Positions 10,096-19,682 of a stretch of DNA of 64,000 nt are shown piece after piece. Numbering within the stretch: position 1 is the first letter of the stretch; every line of letters starts with the position of its first letter. Both the position numbers and the translations under genes were made by a program. Under the pieces are notes generated by a model that saw only the letters and a program-made list of their open reading frames with translations, was not told where the DNA came from and made no database searches. Where the stretch lies: sequence record PV654397.1; one strand, 5' to 3'.

Positions 10096-11008
10096 CTTGC
10101 ATTACTTTCAACCCAAGTAGCTTACGCCACATGAATACAACTTGTGATCTATCATCATAAACCTTTTTAACATCGTAATGATCAACCACATTTTTCATGT
10201 ACAGGTCGAATTTTACAACATCATCAGGACGTTTGTCATCGATGCCTCGCATAAACAACGCATCATAAGGAACACCCCAATTCTTAAGCCACTGTTCGGT
10301 ATCAGCACGACACCCTTCAGTACGCCCACTCATGACGATAATCTTGCGTTTATGAAAAACTGCTTCAGCGATAACAGATAAAATAACTTCTTCGTCTGGT
10401 GTATCCTGGAGTACAGTACTTTCATCGAACGGGTTACGGCCCCATTTATGAGCAAGAGTACCGTCGATATCAACGATAATAGCAGCTTCTCGTGAATTAC
10501 CATAGTAACCAATGTGCAATGCTTTACTATAATAGTACGTATCTGCCATAGTGTCAATGATATTATCTTGTACTGAACGCTCACGCTGGAGGTTATATTT
10601 CTTACAAAGTTTTACGAACTCTTTAATCTTAAAGAATTCATGAACATCTGCACCACGGTCTTCATTAGGTACAAAATCATCATAGAAGTTCTTTTCTTTG
10701 TAATCATAACCATTATCTATAGCCCATACTTTCCATAGATTACGGAAATGTTGTTTAAGGTTCGTATCGGATATGATGATGTTCCAACCATTCTCTGCTG
10801 CTGAATTTGCTGCACTGAACTGTAAATTAGTTACGTACTGCTCATTAGCATCGTTGAATTTGTAAGCATCATGTGAGCCAGCCATAGATTCACGAATATC
10901 ATCACGGTTGATGTTGATAGTCTTGGATTTGGCTTTTTTAATCTCTTGCACTGCCCATGTAGTTTTACCACACCCAGGCAATCCAACTGTTAGTGTGATA
11001 GTTGGCAT
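10076..11008 (-). CDS. pseT: polynucleotide 5'-kinase/3'-phosphatase
   Basis: GLPGCGKT P-loop, NRDDIR, HAD motif VDIDGT, SGR, YDDR. Confidence 0.95.
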   Translation of the reverse strand: MPTITLTVGLPGCGKTTWAVQEIKKAKSKTININRDDIRESMAGSHDAYKFNDANEQYVTNLQFSAANSAAENGWNIIISDTNLKQHFRNLWKVWAIDNGYDYKEKNFYDDFVPNEDRGADVHEFFKIKEFVKLCKKYNLQRERSVQDNIIDTMADTYYYSKALHIGYYGNSREAAIIVDIDGTLAHKWGRNPFDESTVLQDTPDEEVILSVIAEAVFHKRKIIVMSGRTEGCRADTEQWLKNWGVPYDALFMRGIDDKRPDDVVKFDLYMKNVVDHYDVKKVYDDRSQVVFMWRKLLGLKVMQVAEGNF

Positions 11009-11011
11009 CCT

Positions 11012-11341
11012 TTAATCCTCTAAAAATTTAACATGCTCTATATTATGATATGTGAGCCATTCCTGTGGTGTTCCCTTGCGTATTAAAACACCAATATACG
11101 CAATACCATTAATTAGACCATTACTATCAGTATTCACATCAACTTTCACAATCTCGGAATCGTACCAGTGTTTGAATGTGTAATCCCAACATCTGACTTT
11201 CTTTCCAATAAGATTGCTCTTGTATTTGTCAATCATTTCATCGACGATAGTTTGTACTGAATTTTTAATTTCAGCTTCTACTGACTTTATATATAGTAAA
11301 TTACTTTGTGCATTGTTTATCATTGTATTTCCCAATCCCAA
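11012..11341 (-). CDS. family C paralog
   Basis: KSNLIGKKVRC. Confidence 0.7.
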   Translation of the reverse strand: MGLGNTMINNAQSNLLYIKSVEAEIKNSVQTIVDEMIDKYKSNLIGKKVRCWDYTFKHWYDSEIVKVDVNTDSNGLINGIAYIGVLIRKGTPQEWLTYHNIEHVKFLED

Positions 11342-11537
11342 ATCGCTTGGAGATTTTCACAAGTACAGATTCATCACAACGAATACTAGCAGTATCATTG
11401 GATGAACTGTACTTTAATGGGGTCCACTGTAATTGAGATTCTTCTAGGAACTTGATACATCTGAAATAATCTTTCAAGGAAAGAAATTTAACTACTGACA
11501 TATCCTGAACAATACTATGCTGAACTTCAACTTTCAT
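11301..11537 (-). CDS. hypothetical protein
   Basis: 78-aa ORF after GGAG SD. Confidence 0.6.
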   Translation of the reverse strand: MKVEVQHSIVQDMSVVKFLSLKDYFRCIKFLEESQLQWTPLKYSSSNDTASIRCDESVLVKISKRFGIGKYNDKQCTK

Positions 11538-11546
11538 ATGAACTCC

Positions 11547-11804
11547 TTATAGTGGGTCGAATTTATTTTCACGTTTCGATGTATAGCGAGTTACATCATG
11601 TATTCTCGGCTTAACACCTTTTGGTTTCCTTTTCTTCTTGTATTCAGTACTACTACACCCGAAAGTATTCTCGATTCGTTTCTTACTAATCTTCACACCT
11701 TTCTTAGAGCGTTTGTGCTGTAATTCATCGATTTCTTCTTGTATTTTCCTGAATTCTGTCGGAGAAAGGGAACCGTCATTTTTATACTTAGGTTTAGCCA
11801 TCAC
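11547..11804 (-). CDS. small highly basic protein
   Basis: Lys/Arg-rich 85 aa, GGAG SD. Confidence 0.65.
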   Translation of the reverse strand: MMAKPKYKNDGSLSPTEFRKIQEEIDELQHKRSKKGVKISKKRIENTFGCSSTEYKKKRKPKGVKPRIHDVTRYTSKRENKFDPL

Positions 11805-11830
11805 TTCTCCTTGTGCTAGGCTAGATAGTA

Positions 11831-12973
11831 CTAAAAATCCTTTAGTACAATTTTCATGTACTTAATAAGAGTCTCTTTGTAATCGACTTTCTTATTGTTG
11901 TACATTGCAAAGGCCAAGCCCTGACGATTCAGTTCATTAGTTAAACACTCCTGAACCTTCTTAGCGAATTCCTTTCGCTCCAAGTGCTTGTGTTCCTTGA
12001 CGAAGCTTTCAACTTCATCTTGTAAAGCATTATAGCACGAAAAGACTAGTTGTTCCATTCTTAATATCTTTTGGGTAGCATATTCGTCAGTACTGAACAA
12101 CTGTTTTAAATCATCACTCGAACCATTTAATACAGCTTCATATAAATGGGAATCGATTATAATACTGTCTTTCGTTAAATGCAAAGAACAATACCAGTCG
12201 GTTTTGATTTTGCACATTGTACCATTATTTAGGATGCACACAAAACCTTCAATGTCAAGCATTTTCTTAACTTCTTCAACACTTTCTTTGAATGTAGCAC
12301 GAACAGGGAAAGTGTAATGAATATCTTTACCTGTCATGTTAGTACTGTACTGTGCAAGGCATGGAAACTTGTTACGTAATGCAGAACCACATAATAGTTC
12401 ACCACTCTTGCGATGGCGAACGTTTAGTACAAATATTTGTTCAACCTGGTATGGTAATACAATACGGTACTCTGGACTTGTATACTCCAGATTAACAGTA
12501 TAGCCCAAACGGTCTGCTTCGTCAATGTATTGATACAAATTTTGGTTCTCATTGAGAAGACGAGTACTGTTAATCGCATGATCTGAATACAATGCAGTAT
12601 GTGATTTACAACGAATTACACCATCATTATCACGGTAAGTACTGATTACTGAACCATCCAACTTAGGCATCACTACTGCAATGTCATCGAATGTGGTATC
12701 AGAAGGGAACATTGTAGCAGGATTTTCGTAAGCATTGAAGAACTTTTTCATAGTACGAGCAGCACAACGAATCATATCACCGTCTTCATCAATTTCCCAC
12801 ATAGAACCACGGGTTTCTAATGCATTGGGTTGCATGAAATCGGTATATGATGCTAGACGATAACTGAATACACGATATGTTCCACCAGCAGGACTTTTAT
12901 GATCCACATAAAAGAAAGCCTCACGAGTATTACATAAGTGCATTAAATCTTCATATATTTGTAAAAGGGTCAT
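11831..12973 (-). CDS. rnlA: RNA ligase 1 (T4 Rnl1-like)
   Basis: FSYRLASY, KFFN, PKLDGS, NLEY, EGFV, KIKT.WY. Confidence 0.93.
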   Translation of the reverse strand: MTLLQIYEDLMHLCNTREAFFYVDHKSPAGGTYRVFSYRLASYTDFMQPNALETRGSMWEIDEDGDMIRCAARTMKKFFNAYENPATMFPSDTTFDDIAVVMPKLDGSVISTYRDNDGVIRCKSHTALYSDHAINSTRLLNENQNLYQYIDEADRLGYTVNLEYTSPEYRIVLPYQVEQIFVLNVRHRKSGELLCGSALRNKFPCLAQYSTNMTGKDIHYTFPVRATFKESVEEVKKMLDIEGFVCILNNGTMCKIKTDWYCSLHLTKDSIIIDSHLYEAVLNGSSDDLKQLFSTDEYATQKILRMEQLVFSCYNALQDEVESFVKEHKHLERKEFAKKVQECLTNELNRQGLAFAMYNNKKVDYKETLIKYMKIVLKDF

Positions 12974-13233
12974 TTTATTACCTCTATATCTACATCTGTG
13001 CCATAGTAGGAAACGTAACCATTATCTGAATTACATTGAATTGATAACTCTGATTCATAGTATGTTACTTTGATCACTGTTAGAACTTTTTCATCAATTT
13101 TTCCCGTTAAATAATCCATTTCACGAACACGAACTTTGGTTCCTTTTGGGAGTTCTTGTGCAATTTTATTAACAAGTTCAAAAGCAGCTTCTTCAAGTGT
13201 GTGCAACAATTGCAATCTATCTTGGATATTCAT
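12970..13233 (-). CDS. family C paralog
   Basis: ELPKGTKVRV. Confidence 0.7.
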   Translation of the reverse strand: MNIQDRLQLLHTLEEAAFELVNKIAQELPKGTKVRVREMDYLTGKIDEKVLTVIKVTYYESELSIQCNSDNGYVSYYGTDVDIEVIK

Positions 13234-13234
13234 A

Positions 13235-13924
13235 TTATTTCCACCAAGTTGTATCACGACCACCAGACAAAGATTCATTGTACTGATGCCTGAAATTAGT
13301 ATTTGGATTATTTGTCATTGTACTAATAAAATCAAATTTAACATTCTCTTGAATGTAATTAATAACATTATCTTTAAATTTAATAGTACTGAAATCTAAA
13401 TCCAAATGTTCATACAATACCGGATGACAAAACTCATGTGTACGCAACGATGGCATGGTATCCTTAATGTATTGCACCGTGTTAATCATTGCATTGTATT
13501 CAGGCATAGCACGCATCATCATTAGCTGAAAGTGTTCTTCCTCTGACATTGACTCATCCAAATCAATAACGACTTCATCATTTTTAGAGTCATATACTTT
13601 AATGGAACTCTTGGTTGGATCAAGCATAGCCCACTCTGGATACAGGCATGTTTTCCAAAAAGGATTATTGCACTGAAACATACTAATTAGATTTTGATTT
13701 TTATCAAAAATAGCAAATCCAAGATCCGAACTTGGCTGTACTTCACATACACAAATATCGTAAGGCGAGTCTTCAGTACTGAATGATCCAACTACATTTG
13801 ATATATGTGAATATGGAGTTTCTCTTGATTTTAATTCAAAGGCTCTCTCCATACGATTAACCTGTGGTTGTAATGTAATTACACCCCTCAGTACATATAA
13901 AATTCTATCTAAATCTTTAATCAA
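13235..13924 (-). CDS. isolated family A-motif protein
   Basis: MSEEEHFQLMM. Confidence 0.75.
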   Translation of the reverse strand: MIKDLDRILYVLRGVITLQPQVNRMERAFELKSRETPYSHISNVVGSFSTEDSPYDICVCEVQPSSDLGFAIFDKNQNLISMFQCNNPFWKTCLYPEWAMLDPTKSSIKVYDSKNDEVVIDLDESMSEEEHFQLMMMRAMPEYNAMINTVQYIKDTMPSLRTHEFCHPVLYEHLDLDFSTIKFKDNVINYIQENVKFDFISTMTNNPNTNFRHQYNESLSGGRDTTWWK

Positions 13925-13928
13925 AATT

Positions 13929-14228
13929 CTATCCTCTTAGTTTAATAGTACTGGCTGGGTAATCTACCATAGTACTATCTGGTAATCCTATACAGTAATA
14001 AGGAAAATATCCCATCATATTAATACCAATTAACATTCCTGTTTTATATGAAGTATTAATTTCATAGTAGTCGTCTATATCAACCGCCAGTCCATATAAG
14101 GATATGTTACAATCCTTGATGTATCGTTCAAAGATTTTATACATTGATGGGTATACAGTTCCATTGGATTCTCTCACTACATCAGCCAACAACTTTATAG
14201 TACTGTTAATTAAATCTATACTAATCAT
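13929..14228 (-). CDS. probable family C paralog
   Basis: helix then LYGLAVDI, C-terminal YPASTIKL. Confidence 0.65.
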   Translation of the reverse strand: MISIDLINSTIKLLADVVRESNGTVYPSMYKIFERYIKDCNISLYGLAVDIDDYYEINTSYKTGMLIGINMMGYFPYYCIGLPDSTMVDYPASTIKLRG

Positions 14229-14241
14229 CTTTGTACCTGCG

Positions 14242-14266
14242 AAAAAAGACCAGCAAACGCTGGCCT
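14242..14266 (-). terminator. intrinsic terminator
   Basis: GGCCAGC-gttt-GCTGGTC then T6. Confidence 0.8.
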
Positions 14267-14272
14267 AAAAAT

Positions 14273-14554
14273 TTAAATTATTTCATATAGACAATATACA
14301 CCATCAACGCCATCACAAGGAAAATCAACATAGAAATTCACACTAACAGTATCATAATCAATCTCAGTGATGCGTCCGGTTTTACCTACACTCTTCACGA
14401 ATAGGTCAGAGCCAAGATATACAAACTCAAACTCATCTGCATACTCTTTTATAATATCAGCAAAATCACAACCATATCTGGGATCAGTATTAATAATCTC
14501 AAGATATAATGTAATGTATTGTTCGTATGACCATGTGTGTAGGTAAAAATCCAT
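14273..14554 (-). CDS. family C paralog
   Basis: FVYLGSDLFV..G.ITEI. Confidence 0.7.
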   Translation of the reverse strand: MDFYLHTWSYEQYITLYLEIINTDPRYGCDFADIIKEYADEFEFVYLGSDLFVKSVGKTGRITEIDYDTVSVNFYVDFPCDGVDGVYCLYEII

Positions 14555-14563
14555 AACAGTTCC

Positions 14564-15301
14564 TTAGAAATATACCATACCCATCAATTCTGAATCTTCA
14601 GGGCGAGTATAGCCTTGTTTCTTAACTTTAAAGTAGAAGGATTCATTGTCTTCTAAATTATAACGTTTCTTCAAGCAACGGGTATATGTCTGGCAATTAG
14701 GATGAACCCATTCATATATATGAACACCATCTTCATTATAACCATTTATACTACAACGGTTGCCTTCATGTTTCTTGTAGTTCTTGCTTTTCTCGGTAAA
14801 TTCTTTTACAGCAGTAGTACTTGGTGATTTATATTCAAAAGGAACTTCAGTCATACGGAAATAATAATATTGATCGTCTTCATCATATCCCAAGAGCACT
14901 GTGTTAGTTTCACGTACATTGTAATGATTCTTACTTTTCAATTCATTTTCATATATATCTTGAAGTACTTCTGCAAATACTGTAGTACTGTCAGCATTTG
15001 GGTTGGATACACCTGATACTCTTCGTTCAATAATAAAATCAGTATATTTGCGGTCTTCTGCAATGTCTTCATTCATATAAAGACTAACGAACTTATCCTT
15101 GTACGTCTTTACACTGTATTGTTTACTTTGAACTTCGCTATATACATCTGCTAACATATTCTCCTGACCGCACTGCACACCACTTACAGAATAAGCACAT
15201 GCATGTTCAGCCATCACTGATGTTAACATTTGAAAATTTGCCATGTTTAATTCATTCGCCATCTCTGTAGCGAAACGGATACGGTCAAGCACTTTCCACA
15301 C
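14564..15301 (-). CDS. hypothetical protein, possible PD-(D/E)xK-like nuclease
   Basis: AEHACA...LADV...QYSVKT; GTG 15292 after AGGAG is the likelier start. Confidence 0.4.
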   Translation of the reverse strand: MWKVLDRIRFATEMANELNMANFQMLTSVMAEHACAYSVSGVQCGQENMLADVYSEVQSKQYSVKTYKDKFVSLYMNEDIAEDRKYTDFIIERRVSGVSNPNADSTTVFAEVLQDIYENELKSKNHYNVRETNTVLLGYDEDDQYYYFRMTEVPFEYKSPSTTAVKEFTEKSKNYKKHEGNRCSINGYNEDGVHIYEWVHPNCQTYTRCLKKRYNLEDNESFYFKVKKQGYTRPEDSELMGMVYF

Positions 15302-15350
15302 TCCTTGTGTTAGTTATTGTTCCTTATCCATTATTATATCACTACTTGAG

Positions 15351-15596
15351 CTATCGTCCCGCTTTGTAACAATAAAGATTCTCAAATTTAAAGTTCTCTA
15401 TATCACATTCCTCACGAACTCGGTTCTTGTTCCAGAACAGAATACGAATCCTTTCATAATCACGATAAACACTAATAATACTTCTGTGTTTAGATTTATA
15501 ATATTCTTTTACAATATCAATATACATTGACCTAAGTAACGATTTCACTGGATAAGACAAATCCTGTGCCGTAGTAATAAAGTAAATCATATTCAT
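15351..15596 (-). CDS. probable family C paralog (start uncertain)
   Basis: IVKEYYKSK. Confidence 0.55.
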   Translation of the reverse strand: MNMIYFITTAQDLSYPVKSLLRSMYIDIVKEYYKSKHRSIISVYRDYERIRILFWNKNRVREECDIENFKFENLYCYKAGR

Positions 15597-15615
15597 TGTT
15601 TCAGCAATAAGAACT

Positions 15616-15798
15616 TCATTTGTTGTATTTGTCATTGTAATCCTTACATACACTATGTAAAGTAAATCCTAAACCAACACCAACAATTGGGAATAGTAAA
15701 TTAACATACCATGTGTTCATTGTTAAAAAGGAATAAGCACCTGAAGCTGTCAGTACTGCCAGTGAGAAAAGACTCCAGATAAAAAATAATGCTCTCAT
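15616..15798 (-). CDS. small membrane protein
   Basis: two TM segments. Confidence 0.7.
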   Translation of the reverse strand: MRALFFIWSLFSLAVLTASGAYSFLTMNTWYVNLLFPIVGVGLGFTLHSVCKDYNDKYNK

Positions 15799-16085
15799 AA
15801 AAATGTTACCTCGTTAGATGAGTAGTTACGATATATTTGTGAATTATGTTCCACACCATGAATTGTTATATGCCCGTTGTAGAAAAAAGTAATATCTACA
15901 ACTTTGAGTTCTTTACGTTTTTTAGTACTGAAATATCTACCCACTAACGCAGCATATATATAATCCCTGTACTCTTGAGTAATGAATTTATACATATTAT
16001 GATTTGCACTACACTTTTCATCATAAGTATTAGTATATTCTTTCATCAGTATAGCATATGTTTTTTGTATCAATATAATATTCAT
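15795..16085 (-). CDS. family C paralog
   Basis: MNIILIQKTY...ALVGRYF. Confidence 0.75.
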   Translation of the reverse strand: MNIILIQKTYAILMKEYTNTYDEKCSANHNMYKFITQEYRDYIYAALVGRYFSTKKRKELKVVDITFFYNGHITIHGVEHNSQIYRNYSSNEVTFL

Positions 16086-16345
16086 CTATAGTTTAATATT
16101 GAAATGGGTAGACTATATATATGTACGTAAAGTTTATCAACTCTTTCCATATTCACTTTTAAAGTACTTCCAAGACGACTGATGCTATCTATGCGATAAA
16201 GCACGTCATTCAGCATCATTACGGTATCGGTGTAATCTTCACTAAGAGATTCAATGTAGATATCTTCAAGTTTCACATCCGTGCGTGGGATATCTAAATC
16301 CCTCAATAAACGCAGTGTTTGCACGATCAGTTCAGCTTTAGTCAT
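16082..16345 (-). CDS. probable family C paralog
   Basis: ATG 16345 overlaps end of upstream zinc-ribbon gene. Confidence 0.65.
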   Translation of the reverse strand: MTKAELIVQTLRLLRDLDIPRTDVKLEDIYIESLSEDYTDTVMMLNDVLYRIDSISRLGSTLKVNMERVDKLYVHIYSLPISILNYR

Positions 16346-16538
16346 GGATACGCTCACAATTAAGGCAATAAATGCACTCAATGTCAGGTCGCCATGATTT
16401 ATCAAAATCTTTGTGCTGTTCTTCAGTGTATTCCGAATCATCATTGATGGGAAAGAAATCACCAGCACCAGTGGCCCAGTCTGAATCTAAACGGAAACGA
16501 GCTAATTGAGTACTGTTGCAATATGGACATTTATTCAA
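16338..16538 (-). CDS. small zinc-ribbon protein
   Basis: CPYC ... CLNC. Confidence 0.7.
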   Translation of the reverse strand: MNKCPYCNSTQLARFRLDSDWATGAGDFFPINDDSEYTEEQHKDFDKSWRPDIECIYCLNCERIHD

Positions 16539-16815
16539 AATTTATTCCTTCTAACTGATATACGTTTAATGAAAATGACCCACTATTATTATCGCATCTG
16601 AAACACAGTGTTAAAGAACCATTAAAACTAACAACATCAGTACATATACATTTTTCACCATTGGATATGATAGATTTTCCTATATATAAATCTCTTACTA
16701 TAGTACGGTAATGTTGCCATAAAAAATAATACACACTTTCATAGTACTCATCTTTTACATATGACAAGTATAAGAATTTATAAAATACTTGTATTTCCTT
16801 TAAGTTGTTTTTCAT
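16531..16815 (-). CDS. family C paralog
   Basis: KEIQVFYK...DLYIGKSI. Confidence 0.75.
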   Translation of the reverse strand: MKNNLKEIQVFYKFLYLSYVKDEYYESVYYFLWQHYRTIVRDLYIGKSIISNGEKCICTDVVSFNGSLTLCFRCDNNSGSFSLNVYQLEGINFE

Positions 16816-17086
16816 TCTCCAACTCCAGTAAATTTACACCAATCCAACCCTGTCCTTCTGTATATAATTCTAATCGTAGCTTACCACTATGACTGACAAC
16901 ATCTTTACAAGTGTAAATTCTACCATCACGAACAATGCGAACACTACCGTAATACGCTTTTAATTCATCTAAAAAATCAATCCATATCGTTCGAAAGGTT
17001 TCATAATAGTGATAGTCTTTAGGATCAGTATGAGAGTACTCCATGTATAAAACTCTATATGTGAATTGTATATCATTAAGATTCAT
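16778..17086 (-). CDS. family C paralog
   Basis: MNLNDIQFTY. Confidence 0.75.
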   Translation of the reverse strand: MNLNDIQFTYRVLYMEYSHTDPKDYHYYETFRTIWIDFLDELKAYYGSVRIVRDGRIYTCKDVVSHSGKLRLELYTEGQGWIGVNLLELENEKQLKGNTSIL

Positions 17087-17096
17087 ATGTCAATCC

Positions 17097-17408
17097 TTAT
17101 AGGTCCGTTAACTTCAAAACTTTGATCTCCATAAATTCCCTATCAGTTTTTTCAAGAAATTCTACATGGATAATACCTTGATAAGATTTGACACCTGAAT
17201 ATTCGAATATATCATCTCCATCAGTGTAAGTACTGTAATTCTTTTTTATATATTCAGCAATAGAATCTAAGTAATCATAGTAATTATGAATAAATGGTGA
17301 TTCTTTTGATTCTACATGTTCACCAATCTTCCCACTAAAAAGATACATGTCATACAAACCGTATATATTTTTATATGTGAATTGAACATCATTCAAATTT
17401 AATTTCAA
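17097..17408 (-). CDS. family C paralog
   Basis: LNLNDVQFTY. Confidence 0.75.
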   Translation of the reverse strand: MKLNLNDVQFTYKNIYGLYDMYLFSGKIGEHVESKESPFIHNYYDYLDSIAEYIKKNYSTYTDGDDIFEYSGVKSYQGIIHVEFLEKTDREFMEIKVLKLTDL

Positions 17409-17665
17409 GGGAATATCTCCAGAGGAACACTCGTAAATCCAAAATCTGTGAAGAACTGTACCTCAACTTTACCATCGAGCTTAATGATTATATCTGAAAA
17501 TTCTGCATGATCGTTATTAATAATTACAGTACTGAATTTTTCTTTAATCCTCTCACGCACAGTATTAATCATTTCATTACATGTATCTTCTAAAAATATA
17601 CTATTATTTTTATTTGCTAGGTCACGAATGCACTTGAATGTTAATTGGAAATCTTTATAATTCAT
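17405..17665 (-). CDS. family C paralog
   Basis: MNYKDFQLTF. Confidence 0.75.
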   Translation of the reverse strand: MNYKDFQLTFKCIRDLANKNNSIFLEDTCNEMINTVRERIKEKFSTVIINNDHAEFSDIIIKLDGKVEVQFFTDFGFTSVPLEIFP

Positions 17666-17931
17666 ATATTCACCAAATCCACAGAGAATAGGTCGTTATC
17701 AAATTTATATGAAAGTACTAATCTACCACCGAAACTATCTACTCTAAGTATCTTTCGTTTTTTTCCATTAATGACAATTTCAGTATTAACAAAATACTCA
17801 CGTAATTCTTCTAGATAATTTGACCATATTTTATGGGTAAACGCATTTTTATTAATTGTGTTAGTACTTCGGTGATTGTGGTGTAATTTAAATAATTCCA
17901 TATAAGTGAATTGTATATGTTTGTAATTCAT
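17662..17931 (-). CDS. family C paralog
   Basis: MNYKHIQFTY. Confidence 0.75.
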   Translation of the reverse strand: MNYKHIQFTYMELFKLHHNHRSTNTINKNAFTHKIWSNYLEELREYFVNTEIVINGKKRKILRVDSFGGRLVLSYKFDNDLFSVDLVNI

Positions 17932-17943
17932 ATTTCCCCTTAC

Positions 17944-17972
17944 AAAAATAGCCCGAACTTATGTCGGGCTAT
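17944..17972 (-). terminator. intrinsic terminator
   Basis: ATAGCCCGA-cataagt-TCGGGCTAT then T-run. Confidence 0.8.
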
Positions 17973-17977
17973 ATGTA

Positions 17978-18592
17978 TTATTCATCGTCATCATCGTCGT
18001 CGAGATCTAGGTAAATGTCACTATCACCATCATCGAAGTACTCAACCACTACACCAGGAATGTTCAGTGCTGTGAACATCGCATCATATTTTTCATCAGA
18101 TGGGATAAGAACAAACTCATCAATGCTTTGAATTTCAGGCATACGATCTTCAGGAATACCCATTTGCAATAAGGATTGGATGATTTTTTCTTTGTATTCT
18201 TGGAACTTCTCTTCTGATTCAAAATCCATAATAAGTTGTGCTACATAACCATCTTCGTTACCAAATGCGATTGACATTTGTGCATCAGTACCGACATATG
18301 ACCATGTACGCTTGCCAGTATTTTTCTCAATGAAGTTCTGAATTTCAAGAACGATTTCATGACGAGAACTATTGGCAATGTTGTTAAGGTTAGCAACACC
18401 AGCAATAATTTCTGAACTGTCATTGGATTCTTCGAATGTGCCATAGTCACCTAATACATATTGAACACCATCACAATGTAATGCATATGCATAATCCAAA
18501 TCAGCAAGTGAATCACACTTACCACGGATTGGGCGTAGGGAAAGCCCTAGGCGAAGATAACGAAAGTATGTATTAGTATTTGTATTTGTCAA
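17978..18592 (-). CDS. hypothetical protein with acidic tail
   Basis: TTG start 7 nt after AGGAG; ends DLDDDDDDE. Confidence 0.7.
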   Translation of the reverse strand: MTNTNTNTYFRYLRLGLSLRPIRGKCDSLADLDYAYALHCDGVQYVLGDYGTFEESNDSSEIIAGVANLNNIANSSRHEIVLEIQNFIEKNTGKRTWSYVGTDAQMSIAFGNEDGYVAQLIMDFESEEKFQEYKEKIIQSLLQMGIPEDRMPEIQSIDEFVLIPSDEKYDAMFTALNIPGVVVEYFDDGDSDIYLDLDDDDDDE

Positions 18593-18881
18593 CGTAATGC
18601 TCCTTAACAATATAAAAGTAGTTGCTGTTGTTGTCAAAAAAGATGACTAATCCTTTGTAGACATTTACACCAATCTTGATTTGGCATATTTTATTCGATT
18701 TACAAGCCTCAGTCAATAACATTTTGTGCTCTTTACTGAAAGTGTGGAAGAGTGGTTTTACATGCCACATCTCCACACCATCTAGTACTGGAAAATGTTC
18801 ACTGAATTTGATCATTGATTCTTGCAAAAAATAACCTGTTAGATTCGAATCATCAGACATGTAAGTTCGCCAGGAAGTCAA
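18573..18881 (-). CDS. hypothetical protein
   Basis: ORF in operon context. Confidence 0.6.
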   Translation of the reverse strand: MTSWRTYMSDDSNLTGYFLQESMIKFSEHFPVLDGVEMWHVKPLFHTFSKEHKMLLTEACKSNKICQIKIGVNVYKGLVIFFDNNSNYFYIVKEHYVDKYKY

Positions 18882-19146
18882 TTACTTCGTCATGTGTTAA
18901 CTTATCACTACGCTCTAGAACATTGATGATGAATGGTGTTTGACTATATAATTCAGCCAGAAACGCAACTTCATCAGATGTATAAGAATATCCCATAGGA
19001 ACAACTTGTGCAGTCCAGTTTCCTAAAGTTTTGTTTGCAATGATTGCAACCACCGTATTACCTTTGAATTCAACATGGATTGAACGGAAACCCGAATCCT
19101 CATTCTGATCCCAAAGTACTGGGTTAGTTTTAAACAGTACTGACAT
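18853..19146 (-). CDS. hypothetical protein
   Basis: 97-aa ORF. Confidence 0.7.
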   Translation of the reverse strand: MSVLFKTNPVLWDQNEDSGFRSIHVEFKGNTVVAIIANKTLGNWTAQVVPMGYSYTSDEVAFLAELYSQTPFIINVLERSDKLTHDEVIDFLANLHV

Positions 19147-19148
19147 AG

Positions 19149-19682
19149 TTATTTCCTCATGTATTTTATTACATCTTCAAATAGTTTAGTTTTCAGTGCA
19201 TCATCATTACCAGGTAGAAAAGTACTGAAGCTATTAAAATCTTCATTCTTGGCAAACTCACGCATCTGTGTGGAACTGTAGCGACTTATATTTCGGTCAA
19301 TTCCAGCTTGAACTGCCTTGATTGAACAAAAATTATATAACTTCCCATTGTACGTGTCAAGTGTTTTTTGGAATGGTTCAAGTCTATCTGAACCACATAT
19401 GAAAAGAACATCTAAGTACTTTCCATCCAGTTCTCTCATTATATCAAACAGATTATCTTCTGTATAGATATTTTCTTGTACAGATGGGTAAAATCCTTCT
19501 GTATAGTACATTTTCAGTTCAGGAGGTAATGGGTTTTTGATGGCATCAGTACTGGTACTAAGGAATATTTTCAAATCAGCATTGTACTGTTCTTGTAGTG
19601 CTTGTGCTTTTTCAAACACTAAGCCATGTCCGTGATGTATTGGGTTACATCTCATGAATGATAGTATACATGTTTCTTTCAT
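19149..19682 (-). CDS. HIGH-motif nucleotidyltransferase (cytidylyltransferase/NMNAT-like)
   Basis: RCNPIHHGH, CGSDR, SSTQMR. Confidence 0.85.
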   Translation of the reverse strand: MKETCILSFMRCNPIHHGHGLVFEKAQALQEQYNADLKIFLSTSTDAIKNPLPPELKMYYTEGFYPSVQENIYTEDNLFDIMRELDGKYLDVLFICGSDRLEPFQKTLDTYNGKLYNFCSIKAVQAGIDRNISRYSSTQMREFAKNEDFNSFSTFLPGNDDALKTKLFEDVIKYMRK

